A DNA stretch of 64,000 nt from a bacterium. GTDB lineage: Bacteria > Patescibacteriota > Minisyncoccia > Phycocordibacterales > JAKAEA01. Made by a program: the position numbers and the translations under genes. The notes under the pieces were generated by a model, which worked only from the letters and a program-made list of their open reading frames with translations, did no database searches and was not told the origin of the DNA. Position 1 is the stretch's first letter; each line of letters opens with the position of its first letter. Below are positions 47,823-57,059 of this stretch, piece by piece. The stretch is taken from assembly GCA_021818465.1 (NCBI GenBank), contig JAKAEA010000001.1, forward strand, positions 105,972 to 169,971, read 5' to 3'.

Positions 47823-48191
47823 ATGGCCGAAACAACTGTTAAAAAATCCAGAACATCTAAAAAAGCTGTTCCGGCCAAAGAAGGTATTCAACGTTTGCGC
47901 ATTCGGGTGCGAGCATATGAATATAAAGTACTTGATGTTTCTGTTCGTCAAATAATTGACACGGCTTCGCGATATGATGCTGAAGTAATAGGCCCAATTC
48001 CGTTGCCGACAGAAATAAAAAAATATACTGTAAATCGTTCATCGTTCGTTCATAAGAATGCTCGTGAACAATTTGAGATGCGAGTCCATAAGCGCCTCAT
48101 TGATATTATTAATCCTTCCGCAAAGCTGGTTGAGTCTCTGACAAATCTTAGCCTGCCGTCCGGAGTAACCATAGACGTAAAAATCCTGTAA
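47823..48191 (+). CDS. rpsJ: 30S ribosomal protein S10 (~20-aa N-terminal extension)
   Basis: ...IQRLRIRVRAYEYKVLD...GPIPLPTEIKKYTVNRSSFVHKNAREQFEMRVHKRLIDI... Confidence 0.9.
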   Translation: MAETTVKKSRTSKKAVPAKEGIQRLRIRVRAYEYKVLDVSVRQIIDTASRYDAEVIGPIPLPTEIKKYTVNRSSFVHKNAREQFEMRVHKRLIDIINPSAKLVESLTNLSLPSGVTIDVKIL

Positions 48192-48221
48192 ATCACGCAC
48201 TACGGATGTTACACCATTACC

Positions 48222-48851
48222 ATGACTCAAAAATCAGTAAAAAAGTTCGCCTTGGGCGTAAAACAGAACATGTCGCAGGTCTTTATGGAAGATGGTAGTG
48301 TTCGTCCTGTAACAATTCTCAGTACTGGACCGATGACGGTGACAGGAATCAAAACCAAAGAAAAAGATGGTTATAAGGCAGTTCAGGTTGGTTTTGGAGA
48401 GCGTCGTCAAAGAAATATCGCAAAAGCTCAACAGCGACAATTTGGATCGTTGGGTAATTTCCGCCATATTAAAGAGTTTCGAGTTGCTCCAGAGATAGAA
48501 GTAAAAAACGTTGGCGAAAAAATCGATCTTTCTGATTTTTCGGTTGGCGATACGATTGTTGTATCAGCTATTTCGAAAGGCAAGGGTTTTCAGGGTGTTG
48601 TGAAGCGCCACGGTTTTAAAGGCGGCCCTCGTTCTCATGGTCAAAAACATTCTGAACGTGAACCAGGATCAATTTCCGGTGGTTTGCGTACCGTATTGCG
48701 TCACGGCATGCGTATGGCTGGGAGAATGGGTGCGGAACGTATAACTATTAAAAATTTAAAAATTAATAGTATTGATACAACTGCGGGGACTATGTCTGTA
48801 GTTGGTGCGATACCAGGCCGACGCGGCACTCTTGTGGAAATTCGTGGTTAA
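48222..48851 (+). CDS. rplC: 50S ribosomal protein L3
   Basis: 209 aa. ...KGKGFQGVVKRHGF.GGP.SHG... L3 signature. Confidence 0.92.
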   Translation: MTQKSVKKFALGVKQNMSQVFMEDGSVRPVTILSTGPMTVTGIKTKEKDGYKAVQVGFGERRQRNIAKAQQRQFGSLGNFRHIKEFRVAPEIEVKNVGEKIDLSDFSVGDTIVVSAISKGKGFQGVVKRHGFKGGPRSHGQKHSEREPGSISGGLRTVLRHGMRMAGRMGAERITIKNLKINSIDTTAGTMSVVGAIPGRRGTLVEIRG

Positions 48852-48878
48852 TGTTAATTTAGAACGCCATCACACGTT

Positions 48879-49532
48879 ATGAAAGCAACACTATATAACC
48901 AAAAAGGAAAAGAAGTTGAGGAGCTTATGTTGCCTGAAGAAATTTTCGCTATTCCGTGGAATGGCGATTTGGTTCATCAGGTTGTTACGTCGCTTATGTC
49001 TAATGCTAGACCGTCTGTTGCCCACACTAAAACACGCGGTGAAGTCTCTGGTGGTGGTAAAAAACCGTGGCGCCAAAAAGGCACTGGTCGCGCTCGTCAT
49101 GGTTCTACCCGTTCGCCAATTTGGGTACACGGCGGTGTTGCTCATGGTCCACGCAATGAAAAAAATTATGCTCGCAAGGTAAACAAAAAAGCTAAAAATA
49201 AAGCTTTACGTGCTATTTTGACACGAAAATTGCATGATAATGAAATTATTTTTCTAGACAATCTTTCTTTTGCAGAACCAAAAACTAAAGAGGCTCATGG
49301 TGTTGTGCATGCTTTAGCAGCTATTGCTGGATATGAACGTTTAGCTTCTAAAAAAACAAATGCCGCGTTCATTGCGTTACCTCAAAAAGATGTGGCAATT
49401 GAAAAGAGTTTTAGTAATTTTAATAATGTTGAAGTTGGTGAGGTACGCAATCTCAATCCGTTCAATATTTTAAATTACAAGTTTCTTATTATGGCTAATC
49501 CTAAAGAGTCGTTTAAACATATTCCACAATAA
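48879..49532 (+). CDS. rplD: 50S ribosomal protein L4
   Basis: 217 aa. ...GGGKKPWRQKGTGRARHGS... L4 signature. Confidence 0.92.
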   Translation: MKATLYNQKGKEVEELMLPEEIFAIPWNGDLVHQVVTSLMSNARPSVAHTKTRGEVSGGGKKPWRQKGTGRARHGSTRSPIWVHGGVAHGPRNEKNYARKVNKKAKNKALRAILTRKLHDNEIIFLDNLSFAEPKTKEAHGVVHALAAIAGYERLASKKTNAAFIALPQKDVAIEKSFSNFNNVEVGEVRNLNPFNILNYKFLIMANPKESFKHIPQ

Positions 49533-49548
49533 ACAATAATTTTTTATC

Positions 49549-49908
49549 ATGGCACTCTTTGGCGCAAAAAAGAAAACTGATCAGAAAAAAGCAAAGCAAG
49601 AAGTTGCTGCTGCTCCGATAATTCATCGTGAGAAAAATGCGGCGACTATAATTCGTAGTCCGCGTATCACAGAAAAGGCAAGTATGGTTGCTGAAAAAAA
49701 TGTGTACGTTTTTAATGTTTCTATAGAGGCAACCAAGAAAAATGTTGCGTCTGGTATAGAGGCTCGCTACAATGTTCGTCCGCGCCGTGTCCGACTTGTT
49801 TCCGTACGGGGGAAAAAAGTATTTAGTCGCGGCAAACAGGGTGTGCGTGCTGGTGGAAAGAAGGCTTATGTGTATCTTGCGGCTGGAGAAACCATACAAC
49901 TTACCTAA
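49549..49908 (+). CDS. rplW: 50S ribosomal protein L23 (N-terminal extension)
   Basis: 119 aa. ...IIRSPRITEKA...YVFNVSIEATKKNV... Position between rplD and rplB. Confidence 0.9.
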   Translation: MALFGAKKKTDQKKAKQEVAAAPIIHREKNAATIIRSPRITEKASMVAEKNVYVFNVSIEATKKNVASGIEARYNVRPRRVRLVSVRGKKVFSRGKQGVRAGGKKAYVYLAAGETIQLT

Positions 49909-49914
49909 ATCAAT

Positions 49915-50766
49915 ATGAAAACTTATCGTCCATACACCAGATCACGTCGAAATATGTCCACGGTTTCTTATCGCGCTTCACTGACCGCCGCTGATCCGCA
50001 CAAATCGCTTACGTCTGGTTTTAAGCGATCCTACGGTCGTGCGGGTGGCTTTATTACTACTCGTCACAAGGGTGGTGGCCACAAACGTCTCTGGCGAGCT
50101 GTTGATTTTTCATATACCAAGGTAGATGTTCCTGCTAAAGTTGCTAGCATTGAGTATGATCCTAATCGTAGCGGTTTTATTGCTCTCGTACATTATGCAG
50201 ATGGCGAAAAACGCTACATTCTTGCCCCCAAGTCACTCAAGGTTGGCGATATGTTTCTAGTGTCTGAAAAGGCAGAAATAAAATCCGGCAATCGATTACC
50301 ACTTAAAAATATTCCAGTTGGTACGTTTGTGTACAATATTGAATTAAAGCCACATGGTGGTGCAAAAATTGGTCGCGCGGCGGGGAATTATGCAGAAGTT
50401 GTGGCTCACGACGCTGGATACGCACATCTTAAGATGCCTTCAAGTGAGGTGCGCCGAGTGTTAGATACGTGCTGGGCATCAGTAGGTGAGGTTTCTAATG
50501 AGGAAAATCGTCTTGTACGTATTGGTAAGGCCGGTCGATCTCGTTGGCTCGGTATTCGCCCGACTGTTCGAGGTACAGCGATGAATCCGGTTGATCATCC
50601 GCACGGTGGCGGTGAAGGTCGTCAAGGTCGTGGTCGACGTCGAGCCATTTCTATTTATGGTAAACCAACAGGTAAGGGCCAAAAGTCTCGACGTACTAAA
50701 AAATATTCTAGCGCCCTTATTGTTTCTCGTCGTAAGGTTGGCAAGGTTCGCTCAACAACGGCCTAA
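49915..50766 (+). CDS. rplB: 50S ribosomal protein L2
   Basis: 283 aa. ...GRAGG.ITTRHKGGGHKR... and ...HPHGGGEGR... motifs. Confidence 0.95.
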   Translation: MKTYRPYTRSRRNMSTVSYRASLTAADPHKSLTSGFKRSYGRAGGFITTRHKGGGHKRLWRAVDFSYTKVDVPAKVASIEYDPNRSGFIALVHYADGEKRYILAPKSLKVGDMFLVSEKAEIKSGNRLPLKNIPVGTFVYNIELKPHGGAKIGRAAGNYAEVVAHDAGYAHLKMPSSEVRRVLDTCWASVGEVSNEENRLVRIGKAGRSRWLGIRPTVRGTAMNPVDHPHGGGEGRQGRGRRRAISIYGKPTGKGQKSRRTKKYSSALIVSRRKVGKVRSTTA

Positions 50767-50809
50767 ATTTGACACTTTCCTCACTTTCCTATAAGATAGG
50801 CACCTTATT

Positions 50810-51172
50810 ATGGCACGATCGCTCAAAAAAGGTCCGTACGTGGACGAAAAGCTTCTTAAAAAAATTTCTGGCAAAAAACCAGGTTCTTTAGGAGCGATTA
50901 AAACGTGGGCACGAGCAAGTCAAATTCCTCCAGAATTCGTCGGTTTTACTTTCGGCGTTCATAATGGCAGAGACCATGTAGAGGTTTTAGTAACCGAAGA
51001 AATGGTCGGGCATCGTTTAGGAGAGTTTTCATTGACTCGAAAATTTGTGAAGCACGGTGGTAAGATGCAAAAAGAACTTGAACAGAAGGCTAAGGAAGCT
51101 GAAATGGCCGCTGCTGCTGCCGCTAAAGCTGCCGCTGACGCTAAGACAAATACCGCCCCAGCAGCTAAATAA
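50810..51172 (+). CDS. rpsS: 30S ribosomal protein S19 (Ala/Lys-rich ~30-aa C-terminal tail)
   Basis: [18 protein letters not shown]...[18 protein letters not shown]. The tail [25 protein letters not shown] is low-complexity. Confidence 0.92.
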   Translation: MARSLKKGPYVDEKLLKKISGKKPGSLGAIKTWARASQIPPEFVGFTFGVHNGRDHVEVLVTEEMVGHRLGEFSLTRKFVKHGGKMQKELEQKAKEAEMAAAAAAKAAADAKTNTAPAAK

Positions 51173-51178
51173 ACTATC

Positions 51179-51514
51179 ATGTCTACCACTGCCACTCTTT
51201 CAAATTATCGTCAGTCACCACGCAAAGTGCGGTTGGTGGCTAACCTTATACGTGGTAAAAGTGTTGCTGCTGCAAAAGCCGAATTACGTTTTTTACCAAA
51301 ACGCGCTGCTGCCCCGTTCTCTAAATTACTTACTACCGCTTCGATGAGTGCTAAAGCTGCCGATACAACGGCCAATGAAGAATCTCTTTTTATAAGCAGT
51401 GTTCGCGTTGACAAGGGTGTGACACTAAAACGCATCATGCCGCGTGCTCGTGGTTCTGCATCGCGCATTAACAAGCGTTCAAGCCATATTGTTGTAACCC
51501 TTAAAAGCAAATAA
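51179..51514 (+). CDS. rplV: 50S ribosomal protein L22
   Basis: 111 aa. ...YRQSPRKVRLVANLIRGKSV... L22 pattern. Confidence 0.92.
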   Translation: MSTTATLSNYRQSPRKVRLVANLIRGKSVAAAKAELRFLPKRAAAPFSKLLTTASMSAKAADTTANEESLFISSVRVDKGVTLKRIMPRARGSASRINKRSSHIVVTLKSK

Positions 51515-51515
51515 C

Positions 51516-52175
51516 ATGTCTCATTCTGTTCACCCATATTCTCATCGTCTTGGTATTTTGCGAGATTGGAAGTCGCGTTGGTTTTCTTCTGATAAAAAGT
51601 TTCGAGAATTCTTGCAGTGCGACGTGCTTGTGCGTGAATATTTGCAGAAACGTTTGCGTGGTATGTATGTGAGCGGCATTGATATTGAACGCAGTGAAAA
51701 AAATATGCGCGTTATTATCCGCACATCACGACCGGGAATGATTATTGGCCGATCTGGTGAAGGTGCCACCAAGCTTCGCACCGATATCTCTGATTTTATT
51801 AAAAAACTCAAGCTCTCGTTTAACCAGGAGCTCAAGGTTGATATTGAAGAGGTGCGATCACCAGAATCAAACGCTGCTATCGTTGGCTACATGATTGCCG
51901 AAGGTTTGGAAAAACGTTTGCCATTTCGACGTGTTTTGAAGCAAATGGTTGATAAGGTGATGGCGAATCGTGATGTTAAAGGAGTGCGCATTGATTTGGG
52001 TGGTCGTTTAGGTGGTGCTGATATGGCTCGTCAAGAGAGTCTCAAAAAAGGTCAAATTCCTTTGCAAACACTGCGTGCTGACATAGACTTTGCTCGGGAA
52101 AAAGCTCATATGCCCTACGGCGATATCGGCATCAAGGTTTGGATTTATAAGGGTGAAGTTTTTGCCAAAAAATAA
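51516..52175 (+). CDS. rpsC: 30S ribosomal protein S3
   Basis: 219 aa. KH domain plus ...GRLGGADMAR.E... at the C-terminus. Confidence 0.92.
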   Translation: MSHSVHPYSHRLGILRDWKSRWFSSDKKFREFLQCDVLVREYLQKRLRGMYVSGIDIERSEKNMRVIIRTSRPGMIIGRSGEGATKLRTDISDFIKKLKLSFNQELKVDIEEVRSPESNAAIVGYMIAEGLEKRLPFRRVLKQMVDKVMANRDVKGVRIDLGGRLGGADMARQESLKKGQIPLQTLRADIDFAREKAHMPYGDIGIKVWIYKGEVFAKK

Positions 52176-52184
52176 GAAACGACC

Positions 52185-52607
52185 ATGCAATTTTTTCCTA
52201 AAAAAGTCCTTCATCGTAAATGGCACACTATGCGTCGTAATCCGACGCGCGCACGGGTGGAAAACCGTGGAAGCACTTTGGCCTTTGGTTCCTTCGGCCT
52301 TAAGGCGGTAGGTGAATCGCGTGTTCGTTCTAATCAAATTGAAGCGGCTCGAAAGGTGATTGCTCGTTCGCTTGGTAAAACAGGTAAAACATGGGTGCGT
52401 ATTTTTCCTGATATGCCGTATACTCAAAAACCAGCTGAAGTAAAAATGGGTAAAGGTAAAGGCGAGCCGTCTGGTTATCACGTCCAAGTGTGGCCCGGCA
52501 GAATTATATTTGAAATTGATGGTATCGCTGAAATGGCTGCTCGTGAAGCGCTTCGCAAAGCCGGTACAAAACTGCCGTTAAAAACAAAAGTCGTCAGCCG
52601 AGCATAA
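52185..52607 (+). CDS. rplP: 50S ribosomal protein L16
   Basis: 140 aa. ...KVHRK.H.MRRNP... and ...KMGKGKGEP..Y.. motifs. Confidence 0.92.
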   Translation: MQFFPKKVLHRKWHTMRRNPTRARVENRGSTLAFGSFGLKAVGESRVRSNQIEAARKVIARSLGKTGKTWVRIFPDMPYTQKPAEVKMGKGKGEPSGYHVQVWPGRIIFEIDGIAEMAAREALRKAGTKLPLKTKVVSRA

Positions 52608-52619
52608 TATTCTGTACGT

Positions 52620-52793
52620 ATGTCTGAATTTTCCAAAAAAACCGAACAAGAATTACAAAAACTTCTGACTGAGAAACGTGCCGCGCTGCAAGAATTTCGT
52701 TTCAATGCTTCCGGTTCAAAGAGTCGTAACGTTAAAGAAGGTCGGAATTTGCGTCGTGATATTGCGCGAATTTTGACAGAACTCAATAAATAA
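52620..52793 (+). CDS. rpmC: 50S ribosomal protein L29
   Basis: 57-aa ORF, below the track cutoff: MSEFSKKTEQELQKLLTEKRAALQEFRFNASGSKSRNVKEGRNLRRDIARILTELNK. Position between rplP and rpsQ. Confidence 0.85.
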   Translation: MSEFSKKTEQELQKLLTEKRAALQEFRFNASGSKSRNVKEGRNLRRDIARILTELNK

Positions 52794-52811
52794 GTGTAGA
52801 ATCGTCACGCT

Positions 52812-53129
52812 ATGAAAACAACCGTTTCAAAAACCACACCAGTAGCAACAGTCGCTCACCACAAGCGTTTCGTGGGAACTGTTGTGTCGAATAAAATGAA
52901 AGACACGGTTGTTGTCGTTGTTGAGCGCTTTGAAAAACATCCCAAATATCAAAAATATCTTCGCCTGCGTAAGCGTTACAAGGTTGATGATAAGGGTAAT
53001 ACCGCCGGAGTTGGTGATCGTGTTGTTATTGAAGAAACTCGTCCGATTTCTCGCTACAAACATTTTAAACTTGTTGAAATTACCACCCGCGGTCAGGACC
53101 AAAACAAGATAGGAGAAATGACAATATAA
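52812..53129 (+). CDS. rpsQ: 30S ribosomal protein S17
   Basis: ...RFVGTVVSNKMKDTVVVVVER...HPKYQKYLR..KRYKVDDK.N...GDRVVIEE.RPISRYKHFKLV... Confidence 0.9.
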   Translation: MKTTVSKTTPVATVAHHKRFVGTVVSNKMKDTVVVVVERFEKHPKYQKYLRLRKRYKVDDKGNTAGVGDRVVIEETRPISRYKHFKLVEITTRGQDQNKIGEMTI

Positions 53130-53138
53130 TTTACATAT

Positions 53139-53516
53139 ATGATTCAACCTCGTTCAATTGTTACTGTTGCTGATAATACTGGCGCCAAAATAGGGCGAAT
53201 TTTTAAGGTGCTTGGTAGTTCAAAAAAACGCTATGCGGAGATCGGCGAATTAGTAGTGCTCTCTGTTCAAAAAGCCGAGCCGCGCAAATCTGTCAAGAAA
53301 AAAGACGTCTTGAAAGCTGTCGTTGTACGTCAACGTAAGCCGTTTCGCCGGAAGGATGGCTCGTACATTCGTTTTGATGACAATGCGGTCGTCGTTGTTT
53401 CTTTACAAAAGAAAGAGTATGTTCCTGTTGGTAATCGTGTTTTTGGTCCGGTACCGCGCGAACTTACTGAGCACGGCTTTCAGGGAGTTGCTTCATTAGC
53501 CCCTGAAGTCGTTTAG
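53139..53516 (+). CDS. rplN: 50S ribosomal protein L14
   Basis: MIQPRSIVTVADNTGAK... is the classic L14 N-terminus. 125 aa. Confidence 0.95.
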   Translation: MIQPRSIVTVADNTGAKIGRIFKVLGSSKKRYAEIGELVVLSVQKAEPRKSVKKKDVLKAVVVRQRKPFRRKDGSYIRFDDNAVVVVSLQKKEYVPVGNRVFGPVPRELTEHGFQGVASLAPEVV

Positions 53517-53528
53517 CATTTTACTATC

Positions 53529-53747
53529 ATGCATATTAAAACAGGAGACACTGTCACTATTATTACAGGAAAAGATAAAGGCCGCAGCGGTAAGGTGGTC
53601 AAGGCTTTTCCTCGTCAAAATAAGGTCGTTGTGGAAGGTATGAACCTTAAAAAACGTCATGAGCGATCACGTCGTGAAGAGGGGAAGGGCCAGGTGGTAG
53701 AGAAACCACACCCCATCGATGCCTCAAATGTCAAAAAGAATTCATAA
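53529..53747 (+). CDS. rplX: 50S ribosomal protein L24 (short form)
   Basis: 72 aa. KOW motif MHIKTGDTVTIITGKDKGRSGKV. Confidence 0.88.
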   Translation: MHIKTGDTVTIITGKDKGRSGKVVKAFPRQNKVVVEGMNLKKRHERSRREEGKGQVVEKPHPIDASNVKKNS

Positions 53748-53752
53748 ATTTT

Positions 53753-54370
53753 ATGGCTACTATATCACCCACTAAAGAAAAAATTATCTCAACCTTTTCC
53801 GAATTGAAGGGTCGTTTTGGTTGGACAAATCCTATGCAAGCGCCCCGTCTCTCTAAAATTGTCGTTTCCGTTGGCGTCGGCTCTCAGAAAGATAAAAAGA
53901 AACTCGAGCTCATTGCTGATCGTTTGGCAAAAATTACCGGACAAAAAGCCGCGTCGCGTGGTGCAAAACAGGCCATTTCAAATTTTAAGACACGTCAAGG
54001 TGATGTTGTTGGATATCAAATAACTCTTCGTGGTAAACGAATGAATGCTTTTCTTGATCGTTTGGTTAATATTGCCCTGCCGCGTACACGCGATTTTCGC
54101 GGTCTTTCACCTAAAAGCATTGACGCTATGGGAAACTATACTCTTGGAATTCGTGAACATACTATTTTTCCCGAAACTGCAGATGAGGATATTCGTGATG
54201 TGTTTAGTTTGGGCATTACGCTTGTTACGACCGGTCACACCGTGCCCGAAGTTCAGGCGTTCCTTGAACATTTAGGATTGCCTTTAAAAAAAGTTGATGT
54301 TGGTCCAGATTTGGAACTTCCTCCATCAGCTGCCGATCGATCTAAGAAATCCAAAAAAGCTAAGAAATAA
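53753..54370 (+). CDS. rplE: 50S ribosomal protein L5 (Lys-rich C-terminal tail)
   Basis: 205 aa. ...NPMQAPRLSKIVVSVGVG... and ...GYQITLRGKRM..FLDRL... motifs. Confidence 0.92.
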   Translation: MATISPTKEKIISTFSELKGRFGWTNPMQAPRLSKIVVSVGVGSQKDKKKLELIADRLAKITGQKAASRGAKQAISNFKTRQGDVVGYQITLRGKRMNAFLDRLVNIALPRTRDFRGLSPKSIDAMGNYTLGIREHTIFPETADEDIRDVFSLGITLVTTGHTVPEVQAFLEHLGLPLKKVDVGPDLELPPSAADRSKKSKKAKK

Positions 54371-54374
54371 ATGA

Positions 54375-54397
54375 GGCGCCCTCACGGGCGCTTTATT
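54375..54397 (+). terminator. Terminator-like GC hairpin (GGCGCCC-tcac-GGGCGCt + TTTATT) inside the spc cluster between rplE and rpsN
   Basis: 6-7 bp GC stem directly after the rplE stop. A TTGACA-N17-TAGAGT element follows at 54396-54424. Confidence 0.35.
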
Positions 54398-54438
54398 GAC
54401 AGAGAAAACACTTCTTGATAGAGTAGCTTGCACTTACT

Positions 54439-54624
54439 ATGGCAAAAACATCAACTGTTGCCCGGTCGAAAAAGAAGCCAAAATTTTCAACTCGGATTGT
54501 CCGACGCTGTTTTCGTTGCGGCCGCAAGCGTGCGTATATGCGCGAATTTGATATGTGCCGCATTTGTTTTCGTGAATTGGCCAATGAGGGCATGATTCCC
54601 GGCGTTAAAAAATCCTCCTGGTAG
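54439..54624 (+). CDS. rpsN: 30S ribosomal protein S14 type Z (zinc-binding)
   Basis: 61 aa. [10 protein letters not shown]...CRIC is the C4 zinc-ribbon form of S14. Confidence 0.92.
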   Translation: MAKTSTVARSKKKPKFSTRIVRRCFRCGRKRAYMREFDMCRICFRELANEGMIPGVKKSSW

Positions 54625-54625
54625 T

Positions 54626-55015
54626 ATGACTGATCCAATCTCTGATTTTATCACGCGTATTCGCAATGCCAGCGCTGTAGGCAAGGATGCTGTTGTTGTT
54701 CCATATTCTCGTATTAAAGAAGAAATGGCTAACCTTTTAGTCAAAGAGGGATATGTAAAAGCTGTTGCCAAAAAAGGCAAAAAGGTAAATAAATCTTTAG
54801 AAATCGCATTGGCCTACGATGAATTTGGCCCACGAGTAAAAGGTATCGAACGTATTTCTAAGCTCTCGAAAAGAATTTATAAGGGCGTTCGTGATATTAA
54901 AACCTTTAAGCAAGGTCATGGTGTTGTTGTTCTCACTACCTCTAAAGGCATCATGACTGACAGTGATGCGCGTAAACAAAAAGTCGGCGGCGAAATTCTT
55001 TTTCAAATTTGGTAA
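54626..55015 (+). CDS. rpsH: 30S ribosomal protein S8
   Basis: 129 aa. MTDPISDFITRIRNA... is the canonical S8 N-terminus. Confidence 0.95.
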   Translation: MTDPISDFITRIRNASAVGKDAVVVPYSRIKEEMANLLVKEGYVKAVAKKGKKVNKSLEIALAYDEFGPRVKGIERISKLSKRIYKGVRDIKTFKQGHGVVVLTTSKGIMTDSDARKQKVGGEILFQIW

Positions 55016-55024
55016 TCTATTTTT

Positions 55025-55561
55025 ATGTCACGAATTGGTAAAAAAATAATTACGCTTCCGGCAAATGTTGAACTTACTGTTGCGGCGGGAAAGGTGGTAG
55101 TTAAGGGTCCCAAGGCAACCTTGGAACGTTTTATTTCGCCAGAGGTCCATATAGATATTTCTGGTAAAGAAGTTAAAGTGAGTCGCCACGATGCTGCTAG
55201 TACTGCGGTCGATGTTATTTCTGGTACGATTGTTTCCCATTTAGAAAATATGATACAGGGCGTGACGCAAGGGTATACTAAAAAATTACTTATTGAAGGC
55301 GTTGGCTATAAAGCTGATGTTAAAGGTCAAGATTTGGCGCTTGGTTTGGGCCTTTCGCATCCAGTCGCGGTGCCTATCCCACCATCTCTCAAGGTAACAT
55401 CAGAAAAAGGAACAATTACCATTACGGGCAGTAATAAAGAAGAGGTCGGTCAATTTGCAGCGAGTATTCGTGCTCTCAAAAAGCCGGAACCGTACAAAGG
55501 TAAAGGTATTCGCTATGAAGACGAAATCATCCGTCGTAAACAAGGTAAAAAGACCGCATAA
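55025..55561 (+). CDS. rplF: 50S ribosomal protein L6
   Basis: 178 aa. MSRIGKKIITLP..V.... L6 pattern with two repeated domains. Confidence 0.93.
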   Translation: MSRIGKKIITLPANVELTVAAGKVVVKGPKATLERFISPEVHIDISGKEVKVSRHDAASTAVDVISGTIVSHLENMIQGVTQGYTKKLLIEGVGYKADVKGQDLALGLGLSHPVAVPIPPSLKVTSEKGTITITGSNKEEVGQFAASIRALKKPEPYKGKGIRYEDEIIRRKQGKKTA

Positions 55562-55566
55562 TATAT

Positions 55567-55917
55567 ATGAAAGCTACACGCATTAAAACAGAAAAACGCC
55601 TCCGTCGTCATAATCGCATTCGCGCACGAGTGCATGGTACAGCGGCTGCACCACGTCTTTCTGTGTATCGTTCAAATAAATATGTCTACGCTCAACTTAT
55701 TGACGATGAACGTGGCGTGACTCTTGCTGCGAGCTCAACAAAAGCAGCGGAGGGTAAGGGTATGTTGGAGAAGGCAAAAAATGCCGGTCGTACGTTAGCA
55801 AAAGCTGCCACAGGATTAAAGATAAAAAAAGCTGTTTTTGATCGCGGCGGTTTTATTTATACTGGTCGTGTTCGGGCGCTTGCAGAAGGTGCTCGTGAGG
55901 GTGGTTTGGAATTTTAA
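55567..55917 (+). CDS. rplR: 50S ribosomal protein L18
   Basis: 116 aa. ...RRHNRIRARV.GTAAAPRLSVYRSNKYVYAQLIDD... Confidence 0.92.
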   Translation: MKATRIKTEKRLRRHNRIRARVHGTAAAPRLSVYRSNKYVYAQLIDDERGVTLAASSTKAAEGKGMLEKAKNAGRTLAKAATGLKIKKAVFDRGGFIYTGRVRALAEGAREGGLEF

Positions 55918-55931
55918 TTATCATACTATAT

Positions 55932-56603
55932 ATGGCTGAAGAACAGAAAAAAATAACACATGAGAATGTAGAAACCGAAGAGGGGGCAATTCCTGCTGCT
56001 AGTACCGAGCCTTCTCAAGGCGCTATGCCCGCTCAAAATGAACGTCGTAACCAACATCGTGATCGAGCTGCTGGCGCTTCCAATCGTCGTAATCCACGAC
56101 GACAGCGTTCTGAAGGAAAAGCTCGTCCAGAATTTGATCAAAAAATTATCGATATTCGCCGTGTGGCTCGTGTAGTCGCTGGTGGTCGACGTTTTAATTT
56201 TTCCGTTAGTATAGTAATCGGTGATCATAAAGGTTCTGTTGGTGTTGGTCTCGGTAAGGGTGGCGATACTGCTCTTGCTATTGAAAAAGCCCTCCGTAAC
56301 GCAAAGAAAAATCTCATTAAAATTCCAGTTACCAAGACCATGTCTATTTCGTATGAAGTTGCTGCTAAATACGGCGCTTCTCGGGTAACCATTATGCCGA
56401 CACCTGGTCGCGGCGTGGTTGCTGGCAGCTCGGTGCGTAGTGTTATTGAATTAGCCGGTCTTCGTGATGTTGGTGCCAAACTGCGCTCCAGTCCAAAAAA
56501 TCGTCTTAACAACGCTCGCGTGGCCGTGTTGGCTCTTCGTCAACTCACTCCACACCGTCGCGCTCTTTTAGCTGCACGCAAAACTATTGCCCAAACAGTG
56601 TAA
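55932..56603 (+). CDS. rpsE: 30S ribosomal protein S5 (~70-aa basic N-terminal extension)
   Basis: ...IDIRRVARVVAGGRRFNFSV..VIGDHKGSVGVGLGKG... S5 core. Arg/Gln-rich N-terminal extension. Confidence 0.92.
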   Translation: MAEEQKKITHENVETEEGAIPAASTEPSQGAMPAQNERRNQHRDRAAGASNRRNPRRQRSEGKARPEFDQKIIDIRRVARVVAGGRRFNFSVSIVIGDHKGSVGVGLGKGGDTALAIEKALRNAKKNLIKIPVTKTMSISYEVAAKYGASRVTIMPTPGRGVVAGSSVRSVIELAGLRDVGAKLRSSPKNRLNNARVAVLALRQLTPHRRALLAARKTIAQTV

Positions 56604-56615
56604 TCGCTTACTATT

Positions 56616-57059
56616 ATGCAAATTCATTCCATCACTAGAATTCATAAGAATAAAAAAAGTGCTCCGATTGGGCGTGGCGGCAAACGTGGTAAGACTTCCG
56701 GCCGCGGTACGAAAGGCCAAAAAGCTCGCGCCGGCCATAAGATTCGTCCCGAATTTCGCGATATCATCAAAAAACTTCCTAAAATGCGAGGGCGCGGTAA
56801 AAATAGTAATCTCAGTATTCAAGATAAACCAGCAATCGTAAATGTTGCTGTTTTGGAAAAGCATTTTGAAAACGGCGAAGTAGTTAGTCGCCAAACGCTG
56901 GTTGCGAAGGGTCTTATTTCTGGACACGGTGGCCGTTTGCCGGAAGTCAAAATTCTCGGCACTGGCACCCTTACTAAAAAACTCACCTTTCAGGGAGTTA
57001 GTTTTTCCAAAAGTGCCCGTCAAAAAAGCATTACTGATGTTGGTGCTAAGAAAAAATAA
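56616..57059 (+). CDS. rplO: 50S ribosomal protein L15
   Basis: 147 aa. ...GRGGKRGKTSGRGTKGQKAR.G... L15 signature. It starts 12 nt after rpsE, so no rpmD (L30) is present. Confidence 0.92.
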   Translation: MQIHSITRIHKNKKSAPIGRGGKRGKTSGRGTKGQKARAGHKIRPEFRDIIKKLPKMRGRGKNSNLSIQDKPAIVNVAVLEKHFENGEVVSRQTLVAKGLISGHGGRLPEVKILGTGTLTKKLTFQGVSFSKSARQKSITDVGAKKK

